Shown here: positions 1-13,680 of the stretch, piece by piece
How positions within the stretch are numbered: the first letter of the stretch is position 1
Layout: the number at the start of each line of letters is the position of its first letter
Origin: Octopus vulgaris
Taxonomy: Eukaryota
Length of the DNA stretch: 64,000 nucleotides
Direction of reading: 5' to 3'
NCBI GenBank assembly: GCA_951406725.2
Contig: OX597827.1
Span: 7,316,001-7,380,000, forward strand
Program-made: the position numbers and the translations under genes
Notes under the pieces: model-generated
Databases searched by the model: none
What the model was told of the DNA's origin: nothing
Seen by the model: only the letters and a program-made list of their open reading frames with translations

Positions 1-882
1 TGCTTATTTTATCAACCCCAAATGAATGAAAAGCAAAGTTGACCTGGACAATATTTGAACTTGAAACGTAAAGCTGGAAGCGCTTGTGGTTCTGCCACCA
101 TGCCACATTTAGTTGTTTTATAAGATAATACATGAAGTTGATTAGCAATGGTATATGAAAGTTAAATGTATTTATTTTCAACTCACGATGTCAGTTTTAT
201 ATAAATGGATCTCTGTAGATTTCGACTGACTGTGTTCAGTTGTTTAATGAATTGAACTATCTACTTATTGCAATAATGCCCTGAATAGTTGAGCATTCCA
301 ATATACATGTGTTCTTAAGCAAGTTCTCAAATAGAACCAGCATGATAGCATGTCTTGTCCTAAGGCTGCACCTCTGATTTACAAGTGCAATGCATCCAAT
401 TTTTCATGTAATAACCATGTAAGTGGCTGAGTACTCCAAGGCCATTTATATCGTTAACAGAATTCTGAAGTAGAATCAGAATGACACAGTGTCTCAAGGC
501 CGGGTCTTTTGTACCCTTATAATTCCTAATCTTGGCAGTGTGGTTAAGAAGCTTGCTTTTCAACTATGTGCTGTTGTGTTCAATTCAATTGCATCACAAC
601 TTGGGCAAATGCTTTTTACCATTGTCTTGCAAAGCCTTGTGAGTTAATTTGGCAGGTGGAAACTGAAGGAAACTGGTCGATTCCTCACCTTCTTCTGAAT
701 CAAATTTCTTCCCATGCCATACACTTGCCTCTCAGCCCCTCTCAGCTTCTGCAGACTACCCAACAATGTCATCTTATTTTTGAACAAATCTTTTCTTCAG
801 AAACAGAAGAAAGTCCAATAGAAAAGAAATGTGGTTACATTTTGAAAACAAGCCAGGCACATACAGACACAGACACACATGC

Positions 883-1025
883 ATACATACAACCATACAT
901 ACATACAACCATACATACATACATACATACATACATACATACATACATACATACATACATACATGCATGCATACATACATACATACATACATACATACAT
1001 ACATACATACATACATACATACATA
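883..1025. repeat. (TACA)n microsatellite
   Basis: Direct reading; it explains the overlapping MYVC/HTYI ORFs. Confidence 0.95.
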
Positions 1026-1047
1026 CCTTTCCTTCATTGGACACTAA

Positions 1048-1575
1048 ACTCTGCTTGTGAAGAACTGTTGAGGCAAGTGAAATTGAAATCGAAATGAAAT
1101 TCGATGACTGGCATCCATGCTAGTGGAGCGCTAAGAGCACCATCCGAGCATGATCGTTGCCAGAGCAACAAACTGGCCTCCGTGCCAGAGGCATGTAAAA
1201 AGCACCATTCAAGTGTCATTGTTACCTGCGTCACCTTACTGGCACTTGTGCTGGTGGCACATGAAAAAATATTTGAGCGAGGTCCTTGCCAGTGCCACTG
1301 GACTGGCTCCTGTGCAGGTGGCACATAAAAAACACCATTTCGAGCATGGCCGTTGCCAGTACCACCAGACTGGCCCTCGTGCCAGTGGCATGTAAAAGCA
1401 CCCACTACACTCTCGGAATGGTTGGCATTAGGAAGGGCATCCAGGTGTAGAAGCTCTGCCAGATCAGATTGAAGTCTGGTGCAGCCATCTGGTTCGCCAG
1501 TCCTCAGCCAAATCGTTCAACCCATGCCAGCATGGAAAGCGGACATCAATCAATGATGATGATGATGATGATGAT
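1048..1575 (+). mobile_element. SINE-like family C with internal ~60-bp tandem array and (GAT)n tail
   Basis: About 5 units of tgccagtggca(c/t)gtaaaaagcacc, then cccactacactctcggaatggttggcattaggaagggcatccag...catggaaagcggac and (gat)n. The same 3' part recurs at 20562, 36570, 37775, 43252 and 52050. Confidence 0.8.
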
Positions 1576-1579
1576 ATAA

Positions 1580-1807
1580 GGCGGCGAGCTGGCAGAAATG
1601 TTAGCATGCCAGGCGAAATACATAGCTGTATTTCGTCTGCCGTTATGTTCTGAGTTCAAATTCTGCCGAGGTCGACTTTGCCTTTCATCCTTTCGGGGTC
1701 GATAAATTAAGTACCAGTTATGCACTGGGGTCGATGTAATCGACTTAATCCGTGTGTCTGTCCTTGTCCCCTCTGTGTTTAGCCCCTTGTAGGTAATAAA
1801 GACATAG
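1580..1807 (+). mobile_element. SINE family B, full length (~230 bp)
   Basis: ggcggcgagctggcagaa head, B-box-like gagttcaaattc, central gtcgactttgcctttcatcctttcggggtcgataaattaagtaccag; many copies in the window. Confidence 0.85.
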
Positions 1808-2735
1808 ATGATGATGATGATATATATATATATATACACATACATACATATATATATATACTTTTTTTCACGTTGCTCCAGTTCACTCAGCTGTAGAAAT
1901 GAGTTGCGACGTCACAGGTGCCAAGCTGTATCGACCTTTGTCTTTCCCTTGGATAACACTGGTGGCGTGGAGAGGGGAGGCCGGTATGCATGGGCGACTA
2001 CTGGTCTTCCATAAAAAAAAAACCTTGCCCAGACTTGTGCCTCAGAGGGTAACTCTCTAGGTGCAAACCCATGGTCACTCATGACCGAAGGGGGTCAAGA
2101 TATATATATATGTGTATGTATGCATTTGTGTTTGTGTCTGTATGTGTTTGCGTTGTTTATACATGATGTGATGGTTGCAAATGAGCATCATTGACTTATG
2201 AGTAATTCTGTTCATTTCCAGTCTTCTCTGAAAATCAAGTCTGAGTACGTGAAAATATTACCTCACTGGCAAACAAGCAAGGGTTAGTGGCAGGAAAGAC
2301 ATCTGGCCATAGAAACTCTCTGCCTCAACAAATTCCGTCTGGCCCAAACAGCCATGGGAAAGCTGGCATTAAATGATGATGACGATGATGACGGTGGTGG
2401 TGGTAATGATGATGATGATGATGATGATGATGACGTAAGTAACTGAGTTGAATACACTACAGACTCGTGTACTCTAAATGGAGTTTTGAAATCAAGTACA
2501 GTGTGACACAATGCATAACAAAGCTTGACCTTTGAATTACAAGCATGATCCAGTCAACAGAGTTCCACAAGGTTTCTGACAATCCAATTCCATTCGCACA
2601 TTTCTGGTCAACCTAAGGCTATGGTAAATGACACAGATACTTGTCAAAGATGCCTCACAGTGGGATTGAACCTGAGAACTTAGGATTGAAAAGCAAACAT
2701 TTTAATGATTCAGCGATTCTTCAAAGTATATAGGA

Positions 2736-3034
2736 AGTTCCTTCTCGAGCCATGCCTGGCTCATAATGGCCAGTTTCCCGGTTTCCTTGGCATATAGGTT
2801 CCCCACCTGGATGGGACGCCGGTCCATCACAGGTGAGCTGCAAGATGCAGGAGGAAAGAGTGAGAGAAAGTTGTGGTAAAAGAGTCAGCAGAAGTTCGCC
2901 ATTACCTTCTGTCTGCGCCGCGTGGAGCTCAGGTTTTTCGCTCATAAACACACACATTGCCCGGTCTGAGATTCGAACCCGCGATCCCACGACTGTGAGT
3001 CAGCTGCTCTAACCACAAGACCATTTGCCTCCAC
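2736..3034 (-). mobile_element. tRNA-headed SINE (D/E chimera) with 9-bp TSD
   Basis: Minus strand starts gtggaggcaaatgg...gggttcgaatctc (A/B-box-like). TSD tatatagga at 2727-2735 and 3035-3043. Confidence 0.85.
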
Positions 3035-3464
3035 TATATAGGATGTAGTATACATGGTGTTGAGAACATAGTAAATTGCAATACGACTGGCTGCACAGCT
3101 AGACTTATAGAGAAGTTTTATGATATATGATAATTTCTGTGGAACTGATTGTGCAGTGCAAGCTGAAGAAAGGTAACTCCGCAGTAACTTAATCTACCGT
3201 TGTCTGTGTGTCAATAAAGGCAATCTGTGTTGGACTTGAATAACAAATACTGCTCAATCATGGATCACTGCATTTCTGATAGTGACAGTGATGAGGGAGT
3301 ACATGAAATTCGATACAGAATAAATATATCAAGGAACTTCATTTCTAATGCATCAATTTTCTATTTACTTTTTTTTCACTGATATTAGATTAGTATTCTC
3401 TGTTAATATGGTATGGTAAATGATATAAACACACCACCCCAACCCACCCCACCACACATATGTA

Positions 3465-3721
3465 TGTATATGTATAAATGTAAGTATATGTGTGTATGTA
3501 TGTATATATATATATAAATATATATATATATGTGTGTGTTTATACATACATACATACATGCATACATACATACATACATACACACACACACATATACATA
3601 CATGCATGCATACATACATACATACATACATACACACACACATACATGCATGCATACATCCATACATACATACATGCATGCATGCATACATACATACATA
3701 CATACATAAATACATATATAC

Positions 3722-3785
<64 letters not shown>
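3465..3785. repeat. compound (TACA)/(TA)/(CA) microsatellite
   Basis: Direct reading. Confidence 0.95.
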
Positions 3786-3788
<3 letters not shown>

Positions 3789-3796
3789 ACCATATA

Positions 3797-3830
3797 CAGG
3801 GGTTGGACAAAATAATGGAAACACCTAGCA
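3797..3830 (+). mobile_element. solitary Tc1/mariner-like terminal inverted repeat
   Basis: TA|caggggttggacaaaataatggaaacacc has the usual TA-CAG start; no partner end found. Confidence 0.45.
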
Positions 3831-4342
3831 TCATACCACTGAGATTATGAACTCACATTTATACCAATAATAATTGGTGCACTTGGTCTTGTGAGTAAAT
3901 GCCTATGTGACAATCTGAATAAGCTAGGCTTTGCAGAAAAAGAAATCAATCACCCAACTCACACATTACAAATACAATCTGTCGGTGGTTCAGAAAAAAT
4001 AGGCAGGACTTTTGTCAAGTTTAAAATGTGACATTATTTTTGTTATCTTCATTCCAGCAACGAAACTTAGTATCTTTATTAGGAATCATCTCCTTCGTCA
4101 GAGGAAGAAGTCAAATAATTAATAACAAAAGAGAACTTACTTTCACTAAATCTTCCCTCTACGAAATTCACTAACAAGGCCTTGGTCAGTTCCAGGGCTA
4201 TATAGTAGGAGAAGACATTTGCCCAAGCTGCCATGCGATGGAACTGAACCCCAAACCACCAGTTTACTTCTGCTATAAAATCCAAATAATTCCTCCCTTC
4301 AGCTTGTAGCACACCAACATACTTTACTTATTTGCTTTCTCT

Positions 4343-4757
4343 CTCTTTTACTCTTTTACTTGTTTCAGTCATTTGACTGCGGCCATGCTGGAGCACCGCC
4401 TTTAGTCGAGCAAATCGAACCCGGGACTTATTCTTTTGTAAGCCCAGTACTTATTCTATCGGTCTCTTTTGCCGAACCGCTAAGTAACGGGGACGTACAC
4501 ACACCAGCATCGGTTGTCAAGCAATGCTAGGGGGACAAACACAGACACACAAACATACACACACACACACACTTTTATATATATACATATATACGACAGG
4601 CTTCTTTCAGTTTCCGTCTACCAAATCCACTCACAAGGCATTGGTCGGCCCGGGGCTATAGCAGAAGACACTTGCCCAAGATGCCACGCAGTGGGACTGA
4701 ACCCGGAACCATGTGGTTAGTTAGCAAGCTACTTACCACACAGCCACTCCTGCGCCT
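4343..4757 (-). mobile_element. SINE family A, full length (~415 bp), subfamily A1
   Basis: tRNA-like head (tggctgtgtggtaag...gggttcagtccc), cttgggcaagtgtc segment, internal (TA)/(TG) tract and (gtaaaaga)n tail; near-identical to 16535, 18853, 35341 and 57265. Confidence 0.9.
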
Positions 4758-4884
4758 ATCTCTGTTGAACTTCAGTCTAGTAGAAATAGCAGCTAAATCT
4801 TCCCCCAAATCACTCCTTTGCATCTTCTATTAAAGAAGAAGTCATATTCAGTAATGTAATCCTACATATATTTAAATGGTAAGA

Positions 4885-5144
4885 TAAAAAGAGGTGAAGT
4901 TACCCTTTTGTGTCATACTGAGTCTTAAGAGCTGGTTTCCTGGCTTCATGGCGTATATACTCCCCACCTGGATGGGACACCAGTCCATCACAGGATTACT
5001 CATTTTTGCTAGTAGAGTGGACTGGAGCAAAGTGAAATGAAGTGTCTTGCTCAAGAACACAACGCGTCACTCACTCCAGAAATCAAAACCACAATCTTAT
5101 GATCATGAGTCCAACACCCTAATCACTGAGCCATGTGCCTCCAC
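4885..5144 (-). mobile_element. tRNA-headed SINE family E
   Basis: Minus strand gtggaggcacatggctcagtg...ttcttgagcaagacacttcatttc...gatggactgg; homologous to 36326-36565. Confidence 0.75.
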
Positions 5145-5539
5145 TAAAATGGTGAAGGGTCCACAATTGCTGTGCCTTCCGATCAAAGGTCTACTCAATC
5201 GGAGTTGACCTAGGGTTAAACAACAGCAGCAATGCTAATTTTTTTTTTGCTTTCTGTTATGTTTTGCCATCAACTTTTCTCTCTTTAGTATATTCTTTCT
5301 CTCTCTTTCCTTGTTTCGCTCTGCCTCTGTCTCTCTCTCTCTTTCACACACACACACAGACTTTCACTCTTTTTCTCTTTCACATTCTTTGTTTCTATCT
5401 CTTTCGTACATTCTGTCTCCTGCTCATTCATGAAAACACACTCTCTCTTTCTGTCTCTCTGTCTGTTTGCCTGTTAGGCTGTTTGTCAGTCTGTCTGTTT
5501 CTCTCTCTTTCCCTCCCTCTCACTTCACATGTACTTATT

Positions 5540-5746
5540 CTTTTATTCTTTTACTTGTTTGAGTCATTTGTCAGCGGCCATGCTGGAGCACCGCCTTTAG
5601 TCAAGAAAATCGACACCAGGACTTATTCTTTGTAAGCCTAGTACTTATTTTATCAGTCTCTTTGCCGAACTGCTAAGTTACAGGGATGTGAATACACCAG
5701 CATCAGTTGTCAAGCCATGTTGGAGGGCCAAACACACAAACATATA

Positions 5747-5750
<4 letters not shown>
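5540..5750 (-). mobile_element. SINE family A, 3' part
   Basis: gcggccatgctggagcaccgcctttagtc...acaccagcatc matches family A. Confidence 0.8.
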
Positions 5751-5786
<36 letters not shown>

Positions 5787-5795
<9 letters not shown>

Positions 5796-5940
5796 TCTCT
5801 CCTTGTTTTTTCTGCATCCCTTTCTGTAGAAGGGCATAGGCTCAAAACGTAAAAGACTTTTCTATTCCTGAGCGTTATAATAATACATCCGTTTGTTTTG
5901 TGCACCACCTATCTTCGTCTTTTGTTTTTTCATAAACTCT

Positions 5941-5942
<2 letters not shown>
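5787..5942 (+). mobile_element. (TA)n-embedded short element, family H1, with degenerate HHR-like motif at 5820-5855
   Basis: cttt-CTGTAGA-a-gggc atag gctc-AAAAC-GTA-aaag, then ttcctgagcg. Homologues at 5989, 28251 and 34674. Confidence 0.65.
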
Positions 5943-5988
<46 letters not shown>

Positions 5989-5991
<3 letters not shown>

Positions 5992-6110
5992 AAAGAAACG
6001 TATAAAAGACTTGTTTTATTTATATTCCTGAGCGCCATACTAATACAATTGTTTGTTTGTACTCCACCCCACCTGCCTTCGTCTTTTGTTTATTTTCATA
6101 AAGCTTCCCG
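5989..6110 (+). mobile_element. family H1 relative, 5'-truncated, between (TA)n runs
   Basis: gaaacgta...aaagact...ttcctgagcgccatactaatac...cttcgtcttttgtttattttcataaa, homologous to 5787-5942. Confidence 0.6.
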
Positions 6111-6146
<36 letters not shown>

Positions 6147-6970
6147 TAGTAGATATATATATACACACAAACATACATATACATAAACACACACTAATGT
6201 GTATATGTATATGTATATATATATTACTTGTGCCAAAGACAAGGCTACTCTATGGTCATTAGCTTTGCTAGAAACAGTGGCCAAATCTCTCACAAATACA
6301 GTCTTTAAAAAAAAGGAAGGAGACATGTTTATCCAAGATAATATATTCCTGTATATATTATACTTTAAACAAAGAAGTGAATGGTCATAGCTAGAACGCT
6401 TTTGATCATGGGTCTGCTCATTCAGGGGTGACATGGGACGGAATAGCAACAAGGAATGTATTAATTAATCTTTTCTCCTCTCAAAGCTAATTCACTCTGG
6501 GAGTTTCTCTCTTCTCATCACAACATCGTTTCCCATGCCTCGCCCTTTGACTGCCAAACCCCTCCAGATTTCGCAATGAATATTAACAGAATTAACCTCA
6601 CTCAGCTGTCCCTTTTATCCCAATCAAAAGGGGGCTAGGGAAAAGCACTGAGTTTTGTTGTCCATCCTCTTCAGACCTAATGATTAAAAAAAAAAAAAGG
6701 AAAGCAACCCTGAGTCTAAATATATATATATATAACAAAATCAAAGAAAAAAATAAATAAACATCTAGCAGTGACCAGTGACCTCGTGAAAGGCTAACAT
6801 TCACAGAAATCAAATTGGACTCTAATTGCATTGACCACAGCGAAATTCCTCACAGAATTATCAATTGCTATATTGGTATTTTTATTTCTGTCTTCTTGTC
6901 AATTCTAAATACTAAATAGCTTGGCTGTAATCTCTCTCATCTACCACCAAGTCCACTTTTGATCAGTCTC

Positions 6971-7057
<87 letters not shown>
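6971..7057. repeat. (GA)n microsatellite
   Basis: Direct reading. Confidence 0.95.
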
Positions 7058-7058
<1 letters not shown>

Positions 7059-7211
7059 AAAAGAGAGGTCAAGCCAGCTAGCCAACCGACTTTGACATAG
7101 CACCACAATATATATTTGCCTAATCTTATGAAGTTAAGCTTACTCACGTAGTGATTTCCATTGATACCCTTAAAACATTCAAGTGTTATATCGCCAACAA
7201 TTAGTTTATTT

Positions 7212-7256
<45 letters not shown>

Positions 7257-7879
7257 GAGCTATCATGTCAAGTATACAATCTATTGATTATATAGTATGA
7301 AACCAGAAGATCTTTTCAAAACCAAATTGAAAGTGTAAAAACAGAGAAACTTGCCACACACACACACACACACAAGGTTTTGTGATTAATTTTACCACTG
7401 AAAAGAGAGAACCTTCTTTTCAAAATGTCTCTGAAAAGCAGAGTAACGGAGGACAGGACGACGGTAGCGGTGAGGGTGGGGGCGGAAGGCGGGAAGGGTG
7501 GAATGCTCACTAGCAATTGAAAGCCGAAGAAAATAAGCTAATTCTGCAGAATAACTCATTAATTCGTTTCCTCCTTGTGTATTTTACCAAACTTCGTTTC
7601 CTGTATCTCTCTTTCACCATTCACCAGACTTTTCATTTGGTCATTTACATTCCTTCTCAGGTTCTCCTTGCTTTTGCATTTTGCCTTCTTTTACATGGTT
7701 TTCCTACACCCAGCCCAGCCCCGTAGCATCTATAACATGTCCCTTGTTTTCTCTTCCTCCACTTTTCTAATACTTTCTCTCTGTCTCTGTCTCTCTCTCT
7801 CTCTCTTTTGCTCTTCTTTTTTTTCTCTATCTCTCTTTCAAACTTTCTCTGTTTGTCTGTCTGTCTGTCCTCTCACATT

Positions 7880-9800
<1,921 letters not shown>

Positions 9801-11674
9801 CTTCATTGTTGTTCAACTCTTTCTAATTCAATTTTCTCACTCTACCGTTCTCACTTCATCTCTCTCTTTTACCTATTCTTCAATTTTTCCATTCTCTCTC
9901 TCTCTCTCTCTCTCTCCTTCTTTCTCTCGCTCTCTCCCCCTCTCTCTCTCTCTCTTTCTCTGTCATTGTCTATCTTTCTCACCTTCCTAACTTCACTCCT
10001 CCAAACTTCCTCTTCTAATCACTTATTCAAAAAGTCCTCACTCGTTTTCATTCACCTTCTCCATTTCCCCTTGTTTCTATTCTATTCTATTCTTTAACAT
10101 TACTTCCTTCATTCTTCTTTCTTTAGATCTCATTCTTTTATTCAAATCTCCCCAACCATTCTTTTTTTCACTGTCTCCATCTGTTTGTAAACTCTCCCCC
10201 CCCCCTCCTTTTCAATCTCCTTCTCTCCACTCTCCTTCTCTCCATCTTCTTCTTCCACTCTTTCTGTTTCTTTTATCTCTACAAGTTAACTCAAGCTTTT
10301 TTCCCTTCTTTATCTTTATCTACTAATCTATCTTGTTTCCCCTTTCTTTCTTCAGTGTAAATACACAGTTTGAATCTCTGAAGAAATGATTTCTTGAATC
10401 ATAACGCTCCAGTGGCTATCGCGTCTGCCACCATTGTAACAACTTGCTGCGCCAATTCATTAAGGTATTGGAAGTTTACTTCATTTTATGCTGTAATGAG
10501 CATTTGTAATTAAGAAAGTAATTGCTTCTGCTGGTTTTGTCAGCCACGAGTCGGATTTATCTTGTCTTTACATCGCAGCAAGAAGCCTCTATTTATCTTA
10601 CCGCAACTCGATTTGGTATTAGAACAAAATAGTCAGATAAATGAATAGATAGATAAATAAATAAATAAATGAATAAATACATAAATAAAAAGTATTTTTT
10701 TTTTTTTACAAAAACAAAAGAACAAAAAGACATAAACACTCTTTGTAGTATTTGTTGTGAAGAGAAATCAGAGTAAAAGAAAGTTAAGTCAATAATAAAA
10801 TTTAAATAAAAAAAGCACAATAATGAAACAGTGATTTCTAGATAAGTGAATAATAATTTATTTTATGGTTCAAATTGTTACAGATGGTAGGGAACAAAAT
10901 AACAGTGAATAGAGAGAAGCAGTAAAGAAGAAAAAAACCCCACAATGAGTATCTGGTAGAACAAGATGGCAGCTATAAGATTTTTCCAATATTAAATGGA
11001 AATTTCCAAAGAATGTGTTTGAAAGTAGAAGCATTTGTTTACTTAATTTGAAACCCTAATTTAATCTAGAGTCTGAAACAGAAGTAGCAGCTACACCAAA
11101 GTTGCAAAAAGTTTCTGCCCTCCAGAAAATATCTGCCAAAGATGGGTGAAAGGGGTAAAACTGGGGCTGTGAAATGGGCCTGCACAAACTATGCAGCTAT
11201 TGACTAGCGGCAAAAACAGAGAAAAGGCATCTGCCTTTGGTTTGGTATGTCTAAGTAATCTGGGGTTGGTGGGTGTGTGTGTGTGTGTGTGTGCTCTCAA
11301 TTCCCAATATATGAGAGCCTTCTTTTCACCCTTACCATCATTTTAGAGATCCTTTTTCATTTATTTTTTAAGATTTTACTGTTAATTCTATTTATTACCA
11401 TCTGCTTATTAAAATGCTGATCTGGTAGAATCATGAGACCATTGGAAACAGCGTCTTGTACTATTTGTTCCAGATCTTTACATTCTGAGTTCAAATCCTG
11501 CTTAACTCAACTTCACTTTCCATTCTTTTGGAGATCAAGAAAATAAATTACTAATCGATAGTATTAAATAAATCTGTCCCCTCAATCGATAGTATCAACT
11601 ATGCCAATCCCCTCAAAAATTACAGGCTCATGTGTCAAAATTACAAGCAATTATCTATTCATTTATTTGTCTTT

Positions 11675-12062
11675 GGATGGAAGCACTCCGTCGGTTACGA
11701 CGACGAGGGTTCCGGTTGATCCGAATCAACGGAACAGCCTGCTCGTGAAATTAACGTGTAAGTGGCTGAGCACTCCACAGACACGTGCACCCTTAACGTA
11801 GTTCTCGGGGATATTCAGCGTGACACAGAGAGTGACAAGACCAGCCCTTTGAAATACAGGTACAACAGAAACAGGAAGTAAGAGTGAGAGAAAGTTGTGG
11901 TGAAAGAGTACAGCAGGGATCACCACCATCCCCTGCCGGAGCCTCGTGGAGATTTAGGTGTTTTCGCTCAATAAACATTCACAATGCCCGGTCTGGGAAT
12001 CGAAACCGCGATCCTATGACAGCGAGTCCGCTGCCCTAACCACTGGGCCATTGCGCCTCCAC
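11675..12062 (-). mobile_element. SINE family D, full length (~390 bp), 11-bp TSD
   Basis: Reverse complement of 38213-38601. TSD tatttgtcttt at 11664-11674 and 12063-12073. Confidence 0.9.
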
Positions 12063-12554
12063 TATTTGTCTTTATTGTCTGAACCAATGCCTACATGAAA
12101 ACACTTGAAGTAAAAACCAGACAAACTTATTGTTAGCCTCAGCCTCATATACATAATTAATCCCTCACTGTTTCTTGTTTGTTGTTTTGTGTGTATTTCT
12201 TTTTTGTACTGTCTGCCATCAACTTGAGTTCTTGTGGAGTGTCAGACATCTTGAATTCTTGTTAGAGTGTAGAACAAAATACCTTGCAGCATTAGACAGG
12301 TGTCTAAGCTATCCAAATTCAAATCTTACCAAGGCCAAACTTGCCCCTCCAAATTGCTACCCCTGGTGACAAAATTAGAAAGAATTATTATAATGCCTTC
12401 TAGAATTTGTTTGGGCCTTGTTACATTTTGTGTTAAAATTTAGAAGTTGACTTCACCATTCAATCTCTCTAGGAGTTGATTACGTAATGTACCACTCAAG
12501 AACTGGGGTTGATGGTATCAAATAACTCACACCTCCAAATTTCAGGCTTTGTGC

Positions 12555-12754
12555 TCATCATCATCATCGTCGTCATCATCATCATCATCATCATCATTGT
12601 CGTTGTCATCATTGTTGTTGTCATCATCATTGTCGTCATCATCGTCATCATCGTCGTTGTTGTCCTCCTCCTCCTCCTCCTCCTCCTCATCATCATCATC
12701 ATCATCATCATTACCATTGCCACCACCACCACCACCACCACACCACCACCACCA
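12555..12754. repeat. compound (CAT)/(CCT)/(CAC) trinucleotide microsatellite
   Basis: Direct reading. Confidence 0.95.
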
Positions 12755-13292
12755 TTGAGTAAGAGAGCAGTGCATGCCATCAAAGTGATGCTGGGGTACA
12801 AATGTATGAATCCAGTACATTCATCATGATTACCCATCTGATAAGGGCACACTAGGTACACGTATCACAACCATCTGTGCATAATGTCAAGTTAAGCAGT
12901 ACGTGCACATGACCTTGCAGGTGAGGACCCATTTAAAATGTTCGTTGGGTCAAATAGCCCATCTCATTCAAAAGGTCTCTGAATAAGGTTTTGTTTATGA
13001 ATGGTAAACAAAACACTCATAATTCCAGAGGTAAATTATCCAAACCCCCAAAGAATTCCTCTCAGTGTCTGACTATGATGGTTCCCACTACTCCTGCTTG
13101 TGATCAGAGATGCACATTTTATTAGTTACTATGGAACATACTCAACTGGTTAAGGTTAAGCAACTGACAAACAAATCTGTGGTATTGAACAGAATATTTT
13201 CTGTAGCAAATCTTTCCCACCAAGGCAAAACATACCTGTGTTAACACTTCCAATCAGGTAGAAGCCATGTGAGCCACTACCTGCATCAGGGC
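12755..13292. repeat. unclassified interspersed repeat between trinucleotide tracts
   Basis: Starts attgagtaagagagca; the near-identical junction attgagtgagagagca follows an (ATT)n run at ~24447. Family not identified. Confidence 0.35.
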
Positions 13293-13469
<177 letters not shown>

Positions 13470-13680
13470 GGGCAGTGAGCTGGCAGAATCGCTAGCACAC
13501 CAGGCGAAATGCTTAGCGATATTTCATCTGCTGCTCTGTTCTGAGTCCAAATTCTACCGAGGTCGACTTTGCCTTTCATCCTTTCAGGGTTGATAAATTA
13601 AGTACCAGTGAAACACTGGGGTCGATTTAATTGACTTATCACCTCCCCAAAATTTCAAGCCTTGTGCCTTTAGTAGAAAT
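13470..13680 (+). mobile_element. SINE family B (variant 3' end)
   Basis: ggcagtgagctggcagaa...gtcgactttgcctttcatcctttc; tail ...ccttgtgcctttagtagaaa. Confidence 0.8.
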
